A stretch of DNA of 64,000 nt, from NCBI GenBank assembly GCA_030141605.1, contig JAQGDQ010000039.1, positions 843,924 through 907,923 on the forward strand, read 5' to 3'. The first letter of the stretch is position 1. The number at the start of each line of letters is the position of its first letter. Both the position numbers and the translations under genes were made by a program. Below the pieces are notes generated by a model. It was not told the origin of the DNA. It was given only the letters and a program-made list of their open reading frames with translations, and did no database searches. The DNA comes from Tubiluchus corallicola. Its lineage: Eukaryota > Animalia > Priapulida. Of this stretch, positions 27,294 to 41,400 are shown one piece after another.

Positions 27294-30200
27294 CACTCCA
27301 TTTCGTGGACAGAGGTCGTTACATGAACTGGCACGCAAGCGCCTCTAAATGGCGAAAAGTCAGAAATTAGTTGTTAACAATTAATTGCTTCACCGTGCAA
27401 CAAGTTAATAATACACTTTATCTGCTAAACTCTGCATAATCCAAATTACCTTTGGGGCTATAATTACTACTACACTTGGCCTACCCAGCAGCCTAAAATA
27501 CGCCTTCATCTCTGATGTAATTATTATTAAGGAGTGCTGGTCTCGAGATATTCATTCTTAAAGCATCCGTAAAGCAAACGTAGTCGAAAATAATCACAGC
27601 ATGAACAGATATTTCCATATTTATTCGTCATAGCAAAAATATAATCTTACGTATTGCAATGCTATGAATTTTCCCCTCATATTATGTATATATTAATATA
27701 AATATTGGACATATTATTATTATTATTATTATTATTTTTTTTTTTTTTTTTTTATATCGTTTATTTAGAGTAACTATTTAATTATTAAAATGTCGGTAGT
27801 GGTTATCATTCTGGGCAATTACATGTGCCTATCTAAATTTATGTTGCAAAGTATTCATTATGTTTTTGAAATATTTAAAGAAAACCATATTTTGGAAAAG
27901 TATAGCTGTGCAGTTACAAGCATTTCTCTTGAGTTAAGTTTTAGTTCACCTATCAATCATTCACAGATGGACGTGCTCCTAATTAATAGACATTAAGTCA
28001 TATTTTCTTGAATTCTTATACGATTTGGCACACTGGAAGCTGAACTGGCACTTCGCGCGGAACTATTTTATGTACATGTATATGTTTGTGACGGGACTGA
28101 TTATAGGCTTGTTATCTAGGATAAATGAAACACATAGTTGACAAAGATATTTTACACACGTTCTGATTTAATTTAGTGATACAATTCACGCTTACTCATG
28201 TTCTGGCATCTAATTTTTTGAAATTTCACATTTGCGTGCAATGTGTATACTTATTCGTGTTCGAAAAAAGATACCGCTGAAACAAGTAACAAACAAATAA
28301 ATAACCCTGCAATTACTTATTTATTTATTTATTCATTCATTCATTTATAAGGCGTATAAGGTGTATAATATAAGGTTTTCTGATTTGAAGGACTTAAGCG
28401 AAAAAAACGAGTTTTAATGAATTTCTCTCAACAAAAACCGAGTGTTTTCAAGCAAAGCTGCTCAGTAAACATTTCGGTTTTTTTAAACCAATGATACGTA
28501 ACAGCGGTAAAACTTTCCTGTATAACACAGTTTGCATACAGAGTTCTTCTTCTACAGACATCTAGGGATATTAATCAAACTGTGAAGAGTAGTAATTTGC
28601 AAAGTGAAGAGGAAGAGCGTTGCCATCACTAATTATTGATCATTACTCGTACTTTACCTAATCCACCCTATGTGGATTTGTTGCACATTGTTCATGTGGA
28701 CTTGTTGCACATTGTTCATGTTTAACATTTTGTGATAAATGCATCATACTTTTGTCGCGTTTCTTTTGGTTTCCAACAGTCCTTCCCATGCAATTTTAAT
28801 TACACAAGTTCACACTCATTTGCAATCCAGGTATATCAGGTGACTAATTTTAATGGCTAAATAAAAAGAAGCCACTAGTTTTGTGCCTAACTTATTTCTC
28901 CGTGTCCTACGTTTTTAGCCACTATCGAGCTATTCGCCAAATTTGTCCATGCAATCTTTTCCGTCTATTAATGCGTAGTTAAATTTGATCCTGGGTCAAA
29001 ATATGTAACTATTTCGGTAACGAGTAGCTTTGTATAACGCAGCGCTTACGTACGCTGCATCTGCGTTATTTAATTATCGGCATGTTACGTAGGTCGCACG
29101 TTATGATAAACAATCTTCGTTGAGTAAAAGGGCCACACCTAAAAATTATTTGTATAAGCGGGGTCGTAAATTTCGATGAGTAAACTAAACGCAGTTTAAC
29201 GCCCCCTCACGAGCAGGTTGAAAGAATAATGAAACGCACAGCTCAAGTGAAAGTGCAATTTAATCCGAGTTTTTAGAGAAACCAGAAAAAAACAGACAAT
29301 CAAATCAAATTGTATTAAAATAGGAAAAATACGTTTAACACTTTGACATTAACGATGTAATTGCTATAAATATGACTGATGATTGATTGATTTTACGCAC
29401 ATTACTGTCTACAAATTATAATCCATATACTGCATGCTTCTTATTGTTTGTGTTCTTTCAATTATAATTAATGTGCTATACAAAAATGTACGCCTTTGGA
29501 GAAATGTATTTTTGCCACACTAAATGTCATACTAAATAAGTGGTAAGGCCATTTTAGAAACTTCTGAGTAACAATTTTATCCTGTTGCATAAACTCGCAT
29601 AACGGAATTCCTATGGGATTAACACAACATTTAAAGCTTGAAAATGAATTGTAGAGTTTGTTCGTGTATGGTAAGTTGCACTTTCTTGACGCAACTAGGA
29701 TTTTCTTAAATTAATGACTTATTGTCGCATAACCACAGCTATATTACTATCTTAGTTATGTCGCAGAGAAGAGGTCACTACTGAACACCTTTTTGGATGT
29801 CTAGCAATATGTGCTAATAAATGGGACCTATCAGTGCAGGACATAAGCAGCTCAAATATGGATGAACTAAGAAAAGTTAGAACGTATGTCAATAAAATTG
29901 TAATCAAATACAAGGAAACTGTAAAGCAGTCACGACAAAGTGAATGATATAAAAGTATACAGCGTGATTTACAAGTAAAGTAAATTCGTGTAATTGATCT
30001 TGGGAACAGATAGTTTTTTGGTGAAGAGGATCGAGCGTATCCACGATATATGTAAAATTTCTAAGGCGGGAAGGAAACTGTATTTGGAACAATCATGTAG
30101 TGCAGTAATCACGTTTGGTTTTTCTGTCTCTCTGTGCATAAAGTAGTGCAAAGCACAGCATTTAACTGATAAATTACATGCTGCATCAGTTGCAAACTTC

Positions 30201-30961
30201 AATGCATGAAAATGAATATGCACACTGCATATAGATAAAAAATCAAATACTTTGGAATCTAAACTACTTAAACGTCACCAATACAAAAATGAAAATTAGT
30301 ACTAGGTAATGCACTTACTCATACTTTTATTTAAAATATTGTTTTTCATTACATTGCTATGTACATTCTTATTAAAATAACAAATGCGTCATTTCATGAC
30401 GTTTAATTTTCAGCACATAAAGGCTTATTATGCTTAGCAAGCTGCAACTTACCGTATCAGCAGCAGAATATTGGAATACAAAATTACATTGAAAATACAT
30501 CTTAAAGGCCAGTTTATCAGCTTTGGTCCTGCTTTATATACCGTTACGATGATTATATCATTATTACAGTACATTGCACACTGCTAAATTTACAAATCAG
30601 AAATCATTTCACTTTGCAAAGTTTATTCCCCTAGCTAATACATGTAAAAGTTTTAAGTTTGAAAATAAACTGTTAGGTAAATTCTGAAATGAACGTAGGT
30701 GCCACATAAGTAGGAGTTTTGTAAACATGTCAATATTTAAGGTGAACATCCATTAGAGTTTGAAGAAAGTAATCCATCCAGGAGCTCATCTAAGTCACTC
30801 TGCACTTGTGCATCTAAAGAACCACAAATATCAAACGCTTGTTTACACATTACTGCAAAGAAACATCATGTGATGTATGGGGCCATTTATAACTTATACA
30901 TAATTATATAATATATAATCATATATTACACACATATATTACATATATATGTAAATATATA

Positions 30962-31520
30962 TCGGGTGGCACAGAAAAATGCTCCGACGTGCAGACTACA
31001 ATAGCATTAGAAGCAAGCGCTCAACAAAGTCGAAATTTCGCAGTGTGATACTGTAGTATAACATTTGGCTATTACAAAGTTGATAGTTGTAGAAGATTTT
31101 AAGTTATAGCAGAAAAACTTCTGCATGTTAAAAATTTAAATGCCAGAATAATGTCAGCTAATCATCAATTGAAAAAAGCCAAATCGATGTATTTAAATCA
31201 TCAGTGCATGGCAGAAAATCAATAAGAAATCAATCAGTTTACATCATGATCTTCACCATAGAAAATAAAATACAGATGAAGATTTGTTTTCAAGAAAAAA
31301 TGGAACTTAATCCTATGAACTACGATATCTGGATTTCCTGAAAAAGTATACGATTGACGCACAGAAACGTTTGACTGTGGCGTAGAGTTACTAAAGGCAA
31401 AAGTTGTTGAGTGGTGGACCAAATACCCCTTAAAGTAAGAAACTGTGTTAACTACTGGAAGAAATGGCTTAGTTTCGTTTGCTGTAAAAATGGTGGAAGC
31501 ATATAGAACACTTTAAATTT
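30962..31520 (+). mobile_element. Highly degraded Tc1/mariner-like remnant
   Basis: TA-run followed by a TIR-like CGGGTGGCACAGAAAAATG. Near the end, TGCTGTAAAAATGGTGGAAGCATATAGAACAC resembles the C..NGG(H)IEH transposase C-terminus. Confidence 0.4.
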
Positions 31521-32496
31521 TAGTAATAGTGACCCACAAAATTTAATACGCATTTAGTTTATTTACAAAAACTAAAGTGTGAAGTTACTAACCGGCAGAG
31601 GTAGCACTACGATATGAAAAATACTGATACTCTAACTGACAATGGTGTGCCCCAAACTATCACATCCCCTATAGTGCTTATAGCTTTAGCTACACATAAA
31701 GCACGTAAAGCAATGTTGAAGAACTTGTTTTTATCAATCTTGAGCAAAGCCTCGCTGTAAGTCATGGTTCAGGACTTTAAATATCTGACTAACAATTTAC
31801 TTAAATACAAATAAATGAGTTTACAAGCTTAGTAAGCAATAATGATTAAGTTCCAAAAACTAGATAGTCATATTTGAGTAAATAATGTTATATTATAATA
31901 AATTTCAAACTGAAGGATTAAAATCATAGAATTTTACACATTTCAAGAAGATAAGCACTTTTTTGTTAACATAATAAAAATATCAAGTCTGTAATGTAGT
32001 AAAAATTGACCCATTTAGTAGCCATCCATAACCAAAAGTTTTCATGTTTTTAACAAGAAAGCAACAAACTACACATAAAATTTAAACTTTCATTACTAGA
32101 AAAATTACATTTCATTTACACTTAGCCGGTTTCATCAACCTGAAGAAACTAGGAGTTAACGAAACGTCTTTTTCTCTATTCATAAAAATTCAAATATCAT
32201 GATTGTGCGATTCGAAGTTATATTGCTGAAAAATGCCAGATCAAGTTGATCATATAATGAACTGTTTATTCAAGACTTAAAAAGTTTTTCCAAAATTTCA
32301 CAATTATCATTCAAAATTGGATTGATTTTGTCTATTATTATTAATGTTGACTGGCATATTTTTGTGCATACATTATTGTACGAAACAAATGAAATCTAAC
32401 AAATTGCATTGTTGAGCCCTGAATGTGTTACACAAGACATATCCTTCCAGCACTAACACTGTTTATCTAAACAATGGAACGATGAAGTCGATGATA

Positions 32497-35400
32497 TCAT
32501 CTTCCATGAGATATTTCCACTGCCTTGCTTAGCAACTCATGTATATCTACTGGTGGATAATTCTGAAACAATTAAAACATTGTGAGAAATAATTCTAATA
32601 CACTTGTAGCTACATAATCAAGATATATATATATAACAAGTTATATTTAGGCAACAGTAAATTAGCAAAAAACAGCTAATTTAGCTAAATTAGATAATTT
32701 AGATAGAATTTCCGACTGCATTCTGCTTTCAATAGCAAATGCCTAAATGACAACAAATTGTCTTTATCTTATTTGTCTGTAGGCTGAATAAGTTGGTATT
32801 ATTAACAGAAATCATTTGACAGCTCTAGTTTTATAACCTTTATGAAAGAAAATCTACTATGTCATAAAATAAACATAAAAGAAAGTTTTTTACAATGCAT
32901 GAAACTGAGCCAACTGCTTTCGTTATAGTGGTATTGAGATAATTTAACGTGTAACTGTACTGTAATTAGTTGTTGTACAAAACAGTAATCACGAGCTTGA
33001 AAGTGGGCATAGATGAAGGTACATAACCTATCTTACCTGAAGGAGTTTCATGTTTCCTGGAAAGTCATTTTGTAGGACATCTTTCCTCAGAAACCTAAAG
33101 CAAACAATTTGATCATTTTTCATTGTGATTTTCATCATTATTTCATGTGGATTTCATGAGTGATTTCTTTTATTTTTCTTTTCAAAAATAGTACTAAAAT
33201 TGAGGTATTTAAAATAGAGGTACTGAAGTGTAGTGTTTTTAGTATTTTATAGAATTATAGTATAGAACTGAAATATAGTAGTTAGTATGTTATAGAATTA
33301 TAGTACAGAATTGAAGTAGAGAAGTATAGAAGGTACTAAAGTATAGAATTTTACAGACTATTAACAATTTTAGATACTAGATAGTTCTAATCATTACATT
33401 TTAAGCCACGAATGAAACAATGCTAAAGCACAGTTTTGCAGCAGAGGCCATTAGGAAGCATCAGGGACGGTGCTAGGAATCAATGAGAAAATTGTTAGTG
33501 GGGCCCTCTATGCCACAAATGCTGCAAAACAATATAAACACTTCGGACATATGTAACAAACAACACAATTTTACATTCCAAGTTTGATGTTATATAATGT
33601 CGATGTTGCGGATTTGAATATCGTCCACAAATTTGTAAAACTAAAAACCAATGACGATCTAACTAATGCACATAGGGCTCACCAATTATCTTTTTCAAAA
33701 AAGATAAATGGCAACGATAAACTGAAATTACAAAACAAATAAACAAATGATCCGCAAAAACAACAATGAAACAAACATATAAGGGGACAAATAGAATAGT
33801 TTCACTGCCTTCACAGTATAAAAAACTTAGTGCACACAGGGCACTCATTAATTCACCATAGCGTCCTCTGCTCGAGGCCAAATTTGAACAAACTATCGAA
33901 TTTACTTAAAACTGGCCCTTGTCTGAATCATGTAAGTCAACTGTAACTTACACAAGCATGGCAAGACACACATCCACTAGGAAATCAAAGCGCTTTTCAT
34001 CAGCAAACAATGAATCCCAAACTCTTATAACATCTGAAATGAGAAAGTTTCATCTAGTAAAACGATATTAACTCACAGGTATTATAGACTGTCATAAATT
34101 ACACTTTTCAACAGTCATTACGGCATGGAGAATTCTCAGTTAAACCATTACACAGACTGGAAATTACAAGCTTAAATACACAATAGTAAATAGTAGAGCT
34201 ATTTACTACTGCATACACCACTTGAGCTGCTAATTGGAATTTATGCATTGGCCAGGACAAACACCAGTCATTTGAAAATGCTTCCACATCAAAATTAAAA
34301 ATAAGCTGCTTCAGAATTCCAGTGATTGATGACAAATGTGAAAAGGTCAAAGGTTATTTGTACATAGAAACATTAGCAGAGGGTTTGTTTATGTGGGCAA
34401 CGTCATGCTTTTGTTGTCGTTGTGGTTGACTTGATGTTTATTTACACTCGCTGACTGATTGTGCTGTGTAGTTAAGGCACTTGGATAAAAGTAACATGTT
34501 AGGTTTGCATTAATATTAGTAAACTATCAGCTTATCCAATATCAATGCTTGTTAAATTCTGTAGGAAAAACCTGCATTTCAACAGCATTATCAAGTGTAA
34601 TCACATGATTATAGTCAAGCTACAGTACAAGACAAGCAGAAGTCAAGGGGGGTTGATACCAGGGTAAAGCTTCTGAAGAAGTCTACTTTTTAACAGCATG
34701 TCAAATACATTTTCAGCAGCCATTTAATTAAATTACACTCAAACCTCATTATAACACCCTCCCTTATAATGCCAAACTCGCTTAATGTTTAGATTTTTAA
34801 AAAAATGAAAATATCTATATTCAATTTACTTCAATAAACTTATTTCGCAAAACAAATTTGCACAGACATACATGTATTAATGGTACTCATTATAATGCCA
34901 AACTTGCTACAATGCCAACTTTTTTTTGAAGTCCCATAGTAGTGGGTGGTTAAAAAGGTTTGACTGTGATAGCTTTACTGTTAATGGCATCATTGAAACC
35001 AAGAGACATTCTATGAAAGATATTTTTTTTTGTCATTTATCAAGCAAGATGATCATTTCCTAAGCTTTGCAGTTCTCATCACTGAAAAAGCTAAGATAAA
35101 AGCTGGAAAAGATAGAAACTAAGATAAACTAAAACTAAAAGGCAAAAAGAAAACAAGATAAACAAACCTGGCATAGGAAATTCCTGAGATAACAGCAAAG
35201 TTAACCACCTAAAGCTGAAATACTGAGGCTTTAAATCTTGTTTCTGTAAACGATTAGACAACTCTCGATCGTACAGTTTTAACCTGGACATCAGTGTGTT
35301 CATGAGCATGCCTGTAAGAAAGTAGTAATAGCAATTAGCAAGAGAATATTTTGATGCCGAGTAACGTCACTGAAACAAAATATTATTTTGTTGCTTAAGA

Positions 35401-38400
35401 CAAAATATAAGAGAAGCCAGCCTCATCAGCCACACAGTACAACCAAACACTTGTTTAACATTCATAATTGCAACAATTCAATCTTATCGAATGTACGTAT
35501 TTCTCCCATAATTACTAAAAGTCATACCTATACCCATAACACTGTCATCCAGTGTTTTGAGGAAGTTATCACGGATCTCAGACATCAAGTTAGTGAAACA
35601 AAAGAAAGCATCAGCCTCTGCATTCTCTGCAACGGAATGAATTTAACTATAAATCTCTTAAACAATAAGATGAATATCACATTAAAGAATTAAAGCCGTA
35701 ACATAAACTTTGTATTGACATTAGGAAAGTCTGGATAGCAAACATGATCAAAAATAGCTGCAAACCCATATTGAGCTATCTGATAATCACTCATAGAAAG
35801 CCTTATCCATTGTGCTATGCTAACAAATCACTCAAAAACAAATGTACAGAACAACAAAAAGCACACCGCAAGCCGGAATCTACCACTCAAAAGCAGGACC
35901 TGCTCAAATACTTGTGACATGACCGGAGGCTACTTCAATGTCAAGGATATCTGTATAAGATGAGCCACTGAACCAGAAGAGGTGTCTCAGCCATGTTTGG
36001 ATGTATTCACATCCTACTTCTACTGGCTAAATAACCAAGACTTACAAATGATACTGTTTGGAGTGAGCTTGTTTCAAACACACACACTCCATCTGCACTT
36101 GCCTATCCACTTAGCTGTTTACCAAAACAAAAGTTTACCTTTCTGCATAGGAAAAACATATTTTTCTGCATTCAACTGTGGAAGGGTTGCCTCTTAAACT
36201 TGAAACTGATACTGAAGCAAAGTACTTTAACTGTTAATTTGTAACCACAAAGTTGAGATTATCTATTGATTTGCTGACTGTCACTTATTCAAGTACTTTT
36301 TAGCACAGGCATTGCTTAAGTTTTGCAAAAACAAATTGCAGATTAAATCAAGAAAAGAAAATGACAAACATGATTACTACCTATTTTTTACAAGAAATCG
36401 AAATTAATATTTCTGACAACCACGTAAATGATATCACACCTCTCCATTCCACATTGATGTCTGAAGCAAATATGTAGTATAAAGGTCCTATGATTTCGTT
36501 CATTCCCTGTACATAGGCAAGTCCTGGATTGAGCTTTGCGTAGATAAACAGGATTCGTTCGACTACCTCCCAGTGGGCTTCCTGACCATGTTGCAGCACA
36601 GAATATGCAACATTCGATTGCTTGGAAGACGAGATAAGCTGTAATGTATATCCGATAAAAAATATAGTGAAAAATTTCGACAAGTAAATTATTAGGCAAA
36701 TATTTGTCGTTTCATATTTTTTAATGACCACACGCAAATTTCCACACAATACATCATTGTTTTCACCAGCACTCTGCACTGTTATTTGCAGAACAAAAAC
36801 AAACGATCAACTTGGTGTCCAAATCTTCAACTCAAAAAAATTTTACTACCATTACAGGCCTTAACATGCCTGCGGCAATTTTAGTTTATATCTATGCATT
36901 ATGCTCTTTTCTATATACGGCCATGCATCAACTTTACATGGCAATGCTCTAAAGTCAGCATAATACCAGAAGGAAAAAGCACAAAACTTCAAATGTAGAC
37001 TCAAAACAATTTTGAATTACTAAGCATGGGTGCCGGCAGGCAGAAGCACTGACGCACATGCCTCCACAGAATTTCTTAAGAAAATTTTTTTATGGTTAAA
37101 TAAATTTTTTTAGTTGTAAACCAAGAAACACACCAACCCCTTGTTTGTTTGCGCAATCCCCGAGCAGTAAGCTGATTTGCACAGTGAAGTTATGTTTATA
37201 TATATATCACTTACATAGTGTTGATTCTCCTATCGATTTCCGTTGTCTAGAAAGTTTCTAACTAACTGTAACTGCATTTAGGGGGTCGGCTCAAGGGGCC
37301 TGGGCCCCCTTTTACTGTAGTAGTGAAATTATGAGTCATGAGTTTGACTAAAATGCAGTAAAATTGCATTTAGCTGTGTTCAGTGGGCAAAATTAGCACA
37401 CACACAAACATATTAAATTTTGTAGGAACAGTGGGTGGGCTGTAAACTTAACAGTCTCAAATCGGTTTTACGTTTGGCTATCCACATTTCGCTGGATAGA
37501 TAATCTTGACACTAAAAAAATTAAGCTTAAGTAATGGGTCATCTGCATTGCAATGTATTACGAACTTGCTTTTAAGATATATGACTATTACAATAGAATA
37601 CGATGAATATTACCTAGGTAAATGTAGGTATAATATATTAATTAAAGCAGAGTTTTTCACGTTTGAGGAAGTCTGTGTACCAGATTTAGATCTCATTTGA
37701 GGCCTCCAAATGGTGCTTAAATACAGGAAAATGCGTTGGTGGCCGGGGCTCCCCCGACCCCCTAGCTGCTTGTGTGTCAAATTTTTTAATCTCTGACGGG
37801 GACCATGTTACTAAGCCAAATTTTGTTATAAGATGAAAGTCACTGGTTGATTAGCAGCAAAGGAAATCAAAACTCAAATTAGTGAGTGACTTATGAACAC
37901 TCTATATTTTAGTATATAATACACAAGAATAAGCTTTTTCACAGTTCCAGCGATTGATCATGATTGTGAAAAGGTCAAAGCCTAAGTGAACCTAACAACG
38001 TTATCTGAACCAAACAATGGATTTGTTTACACTTGACAACATCTCGAGGCTCATGCAGTTGTCAATAACAGTTCTTGGCATTAATTTCTTCTTCACTATA
38101 ATTTTGTTTTACGTGGATTGTTGCTGCTATTTTGCTAGCCATTTTTGGATAAGACTAACTGTCTAGTTTAAAACTAGACACATGTATAGTATAATAACAA
38201 AAAAAGAACCACGCGTTTCACCCGTTTCACCTACATGCAGTTGTGTACGTAAGGTCACGTGATGGTTGCAGTTAAGAAAAATGCACTGCTTGCACTTAAT
38301 CTGTGACCTGCAGCAACCATGCATGTGAATAGCGAAACTGTGAAAAGGCTTATTACGGTTCAAGGTAGATTACTTATGCATTGTAAGTAACTAAGTAGTG

Positions 38401-41400
38401 CAGGTTAAATGTCAAATATTACTGCTGTTAAAATCAAACAATCCCTTAAAACACCTACATTAGTTATGCCAAGCCGATTCTTAGACACGGTGTGCGATTT
38501 CAGCACCGACACATCAACCCTTTTACGTAGAGTCTCTATTCCATCTGCATCGACCATAACCTTACTGGGAAATTCAGTTGCCCTTTGGAAGAACCCAATA
38601 TCTGGACATAATCGCCTGTAAATATTTGTAAATTTAATTAATCACATCAATTAGACTACTTTTAAAGATGCAATATAATCAAAACACAACATCCTCATAA
38701 GGCATTAAGATAACTTGTATTTTAAACTTAACCTTCAATAGTTAAACATTCAACAAAACAAATCTTTGACCTTAATTATTAATACGGCATTATGTAGCAG
38801 AAGACCTTTAGATCAGATCTGAGATTAATGAAGTTGAAATTAGATCTCGTGTTACAATTAACATTTGTGTCAGATTTCAGACTGTTTGCTTTTGATGACA
38901 ACTGTTAACAACTCTACTTACAAATTCCGCAATTATTTGTAAGTGAAAATAAAATTCTAATCAAATTTTGGTGTTTGTCAGTACAAAAGCGTGTTAAGTG
39001 CCTGTCGATGACAAATAAATATTTTAGCATTTGATTTTTAAAGTACAGTAGTCTATGGTGAATTTCTGAACCAAGATTGCATTTGTAATATATTTATCAA
39101 TGCTAGTCATAAATTCAAGGTTATTTTATAAAGTATGAGCTGAGTTTATCTAAATTATACTGTCTATCTTACCGGACATCTTTGTCTATTTGTATTAAAA
39201 CTTCATTGTCTTTAAAGTAAGCTACCCACTGGCTATCCGGCTTAGGATTTAAAGGCTGAAATAAAACTAAAAACCTTAGACACAAAACTGAAAAAGTCTA
39301 TTTTGTCTACCTATTTGTCTGTCTATTCGTTTAGTCAGTAAGGTTCCCTACAATGGAATGAGCTGCAACTGAATAAGGAAAGGACAAAAAGAAATGACAG
39401 TGATTGGGTGGTGGTGAAAAATTAAAATGATCAAAGATGCAATGCATAAAGCAAAAGCACAGGTGAGCTTCACTCACAGACCGTCACAAAGCACACAAAA
39501 CAAATTGTAAAACAAAAGCACGCCAGAAGATTGTTTCTGAACTCTAGTTCGCAAGGAAGAAACAGAAATACATCTACTTGAATTATTTCAGTATTTTCAA
39601 AAAAGGACAGAAATATCAGAATGCAACAATGAAAAATGCAAAAGTGGTAAAATCAATAAACTGGAATACCACTCATTAGACAGGAAACCTCAGCCCAGGC
39701 TGAATTTATAAGTTAACATTAAAAATTCAATATAACAGATGCAGACCCACACGAAAATTCAATGCATTCTTCCTTGTCCCATGCTTCACAACCGCTACAA
39801 AATTTCATGGAAATTAGTTAAGTAGTTTTCCTATAATCCTGCTAACTAACAGATAAACAAACAACAAATGGTAATAAAAACATAAATATTTTTAGCAGAT
39901 GTATTAACAGCTAAAAATAAACAGCAAATTGAAAAATAAACGTACATGATCTTCTAGTGTTACGTCAAGTCGACCACTTTTGCCAAAATGTGTTTTACCT
40001 GGATTAATGATGATATCATGTATAAACGTCTGATAAACCTCCCTAAAATAAAACACCAACTTAGCCAATTTACAAGTCCAAGTTTTATTGCATAAAATAA
40101 AGTCTACTTGCAAAAATGCAAGAAAAGATTCTGCAATATGTACAAATTTCAAGTGTAATTTTCACAAAAAAGGCTTGTATGCAAAAGAATTTTTGTAACA
40201 TATCCGATGGAGCAGCCAAAGTGCCCATTAAGTCTCAAAATTTTTTTCACATGACCTTTCGTCCTTCACGGACATCTTTGACTGTAAAGTAGAGATACAA
40301 AAAATAAAAATTACAAGTAAAAGTAAATATAAAATTAATGTATACAATGACATTAAACTAAGGGATATAAAATTCATTCAGAAGCTGCATTAAAAACTAA
40401 ATCAGAAGAAACACTACACTTACTAATTAAGAAAAACAAAATAAAACTGTTTGTAGTGTTTTAAAAGCAAGAATTGTATCTACTAGGTGTCCTAATAAAC
40501 TCAATATAGTTGCAAGTGTCTGTGGTGTTTTAGATGAACAAATACTGAACCATACTGACATGAGGTATAAGTATAAAGTCCTCTAAGATGTAAACAACTT
40601 CGATGAAGCCATGATTCTGACTAAATTTCATAGAAATTTGAATAATACAACTTGACTGGTGATGGAGGGCATGTCTTTCCTCAAGTGGGTTATGGCAGTC
40701 ACTTTTATTTTAAAACTTGTTTGTATGATAAAATGCTATTAAAATAAGTGAGAAAAATAGCAACTATGAGTAAATAAACCAATACTTATTCCTAATGTTA
40801 ATTTGTCTATTACCGTTGTTTCTCCAAAAATTTAGGCCAAGATGATTTACAGGGTGGTAAGTAGTTTAGCAGTAATCTCCAGCAGAGAGAGCGAATACCT
40901 GCTTCATCTGGAATACCTGTAATTAAAAACGTATTCTGGAATTAGACATAAGCAGTTTGTGACTGTGTAAATGAGAAGCAGGACTATTGCTTGTGTACTT
41001 AACATTTAAGGCCTATGATACATCAAGGCATCCAGCGTTCAGCATCTGAAAAACCTACTGCAAATATTACGTAATTTAAAGGTCTGTGAACAAAATAAAA
41101 TAAAATCTGTTAGAATTTTCTATTGAGATTCCAATTTTTCTTTTGTAAGATAGTTTTAAACTTTTGCCAATAATTGTAAACGGTTGTTTCATAATCGCAG
41201 GCCCAGTTCTCACTGGCTGATTGAGAAACAGACACTGCATGGACGTTGAACGCCAGATTTTGCCAGCATCTCTGCTGCCAAAATCTTTGGTTTCATGCGA
41301 CATTTGGTTTGGTGCTCAGCAACTTTCTATTTCTCTCTTCCAGACGCAGGATGTATCATAGGTATAAATCATTGTTTGATAAACATTTTAACAGAAAGGC

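Noticed and set aside
28670-28722. 24-bp tandem duplication
   Set aside because: Two copies only; ordinary slippage.
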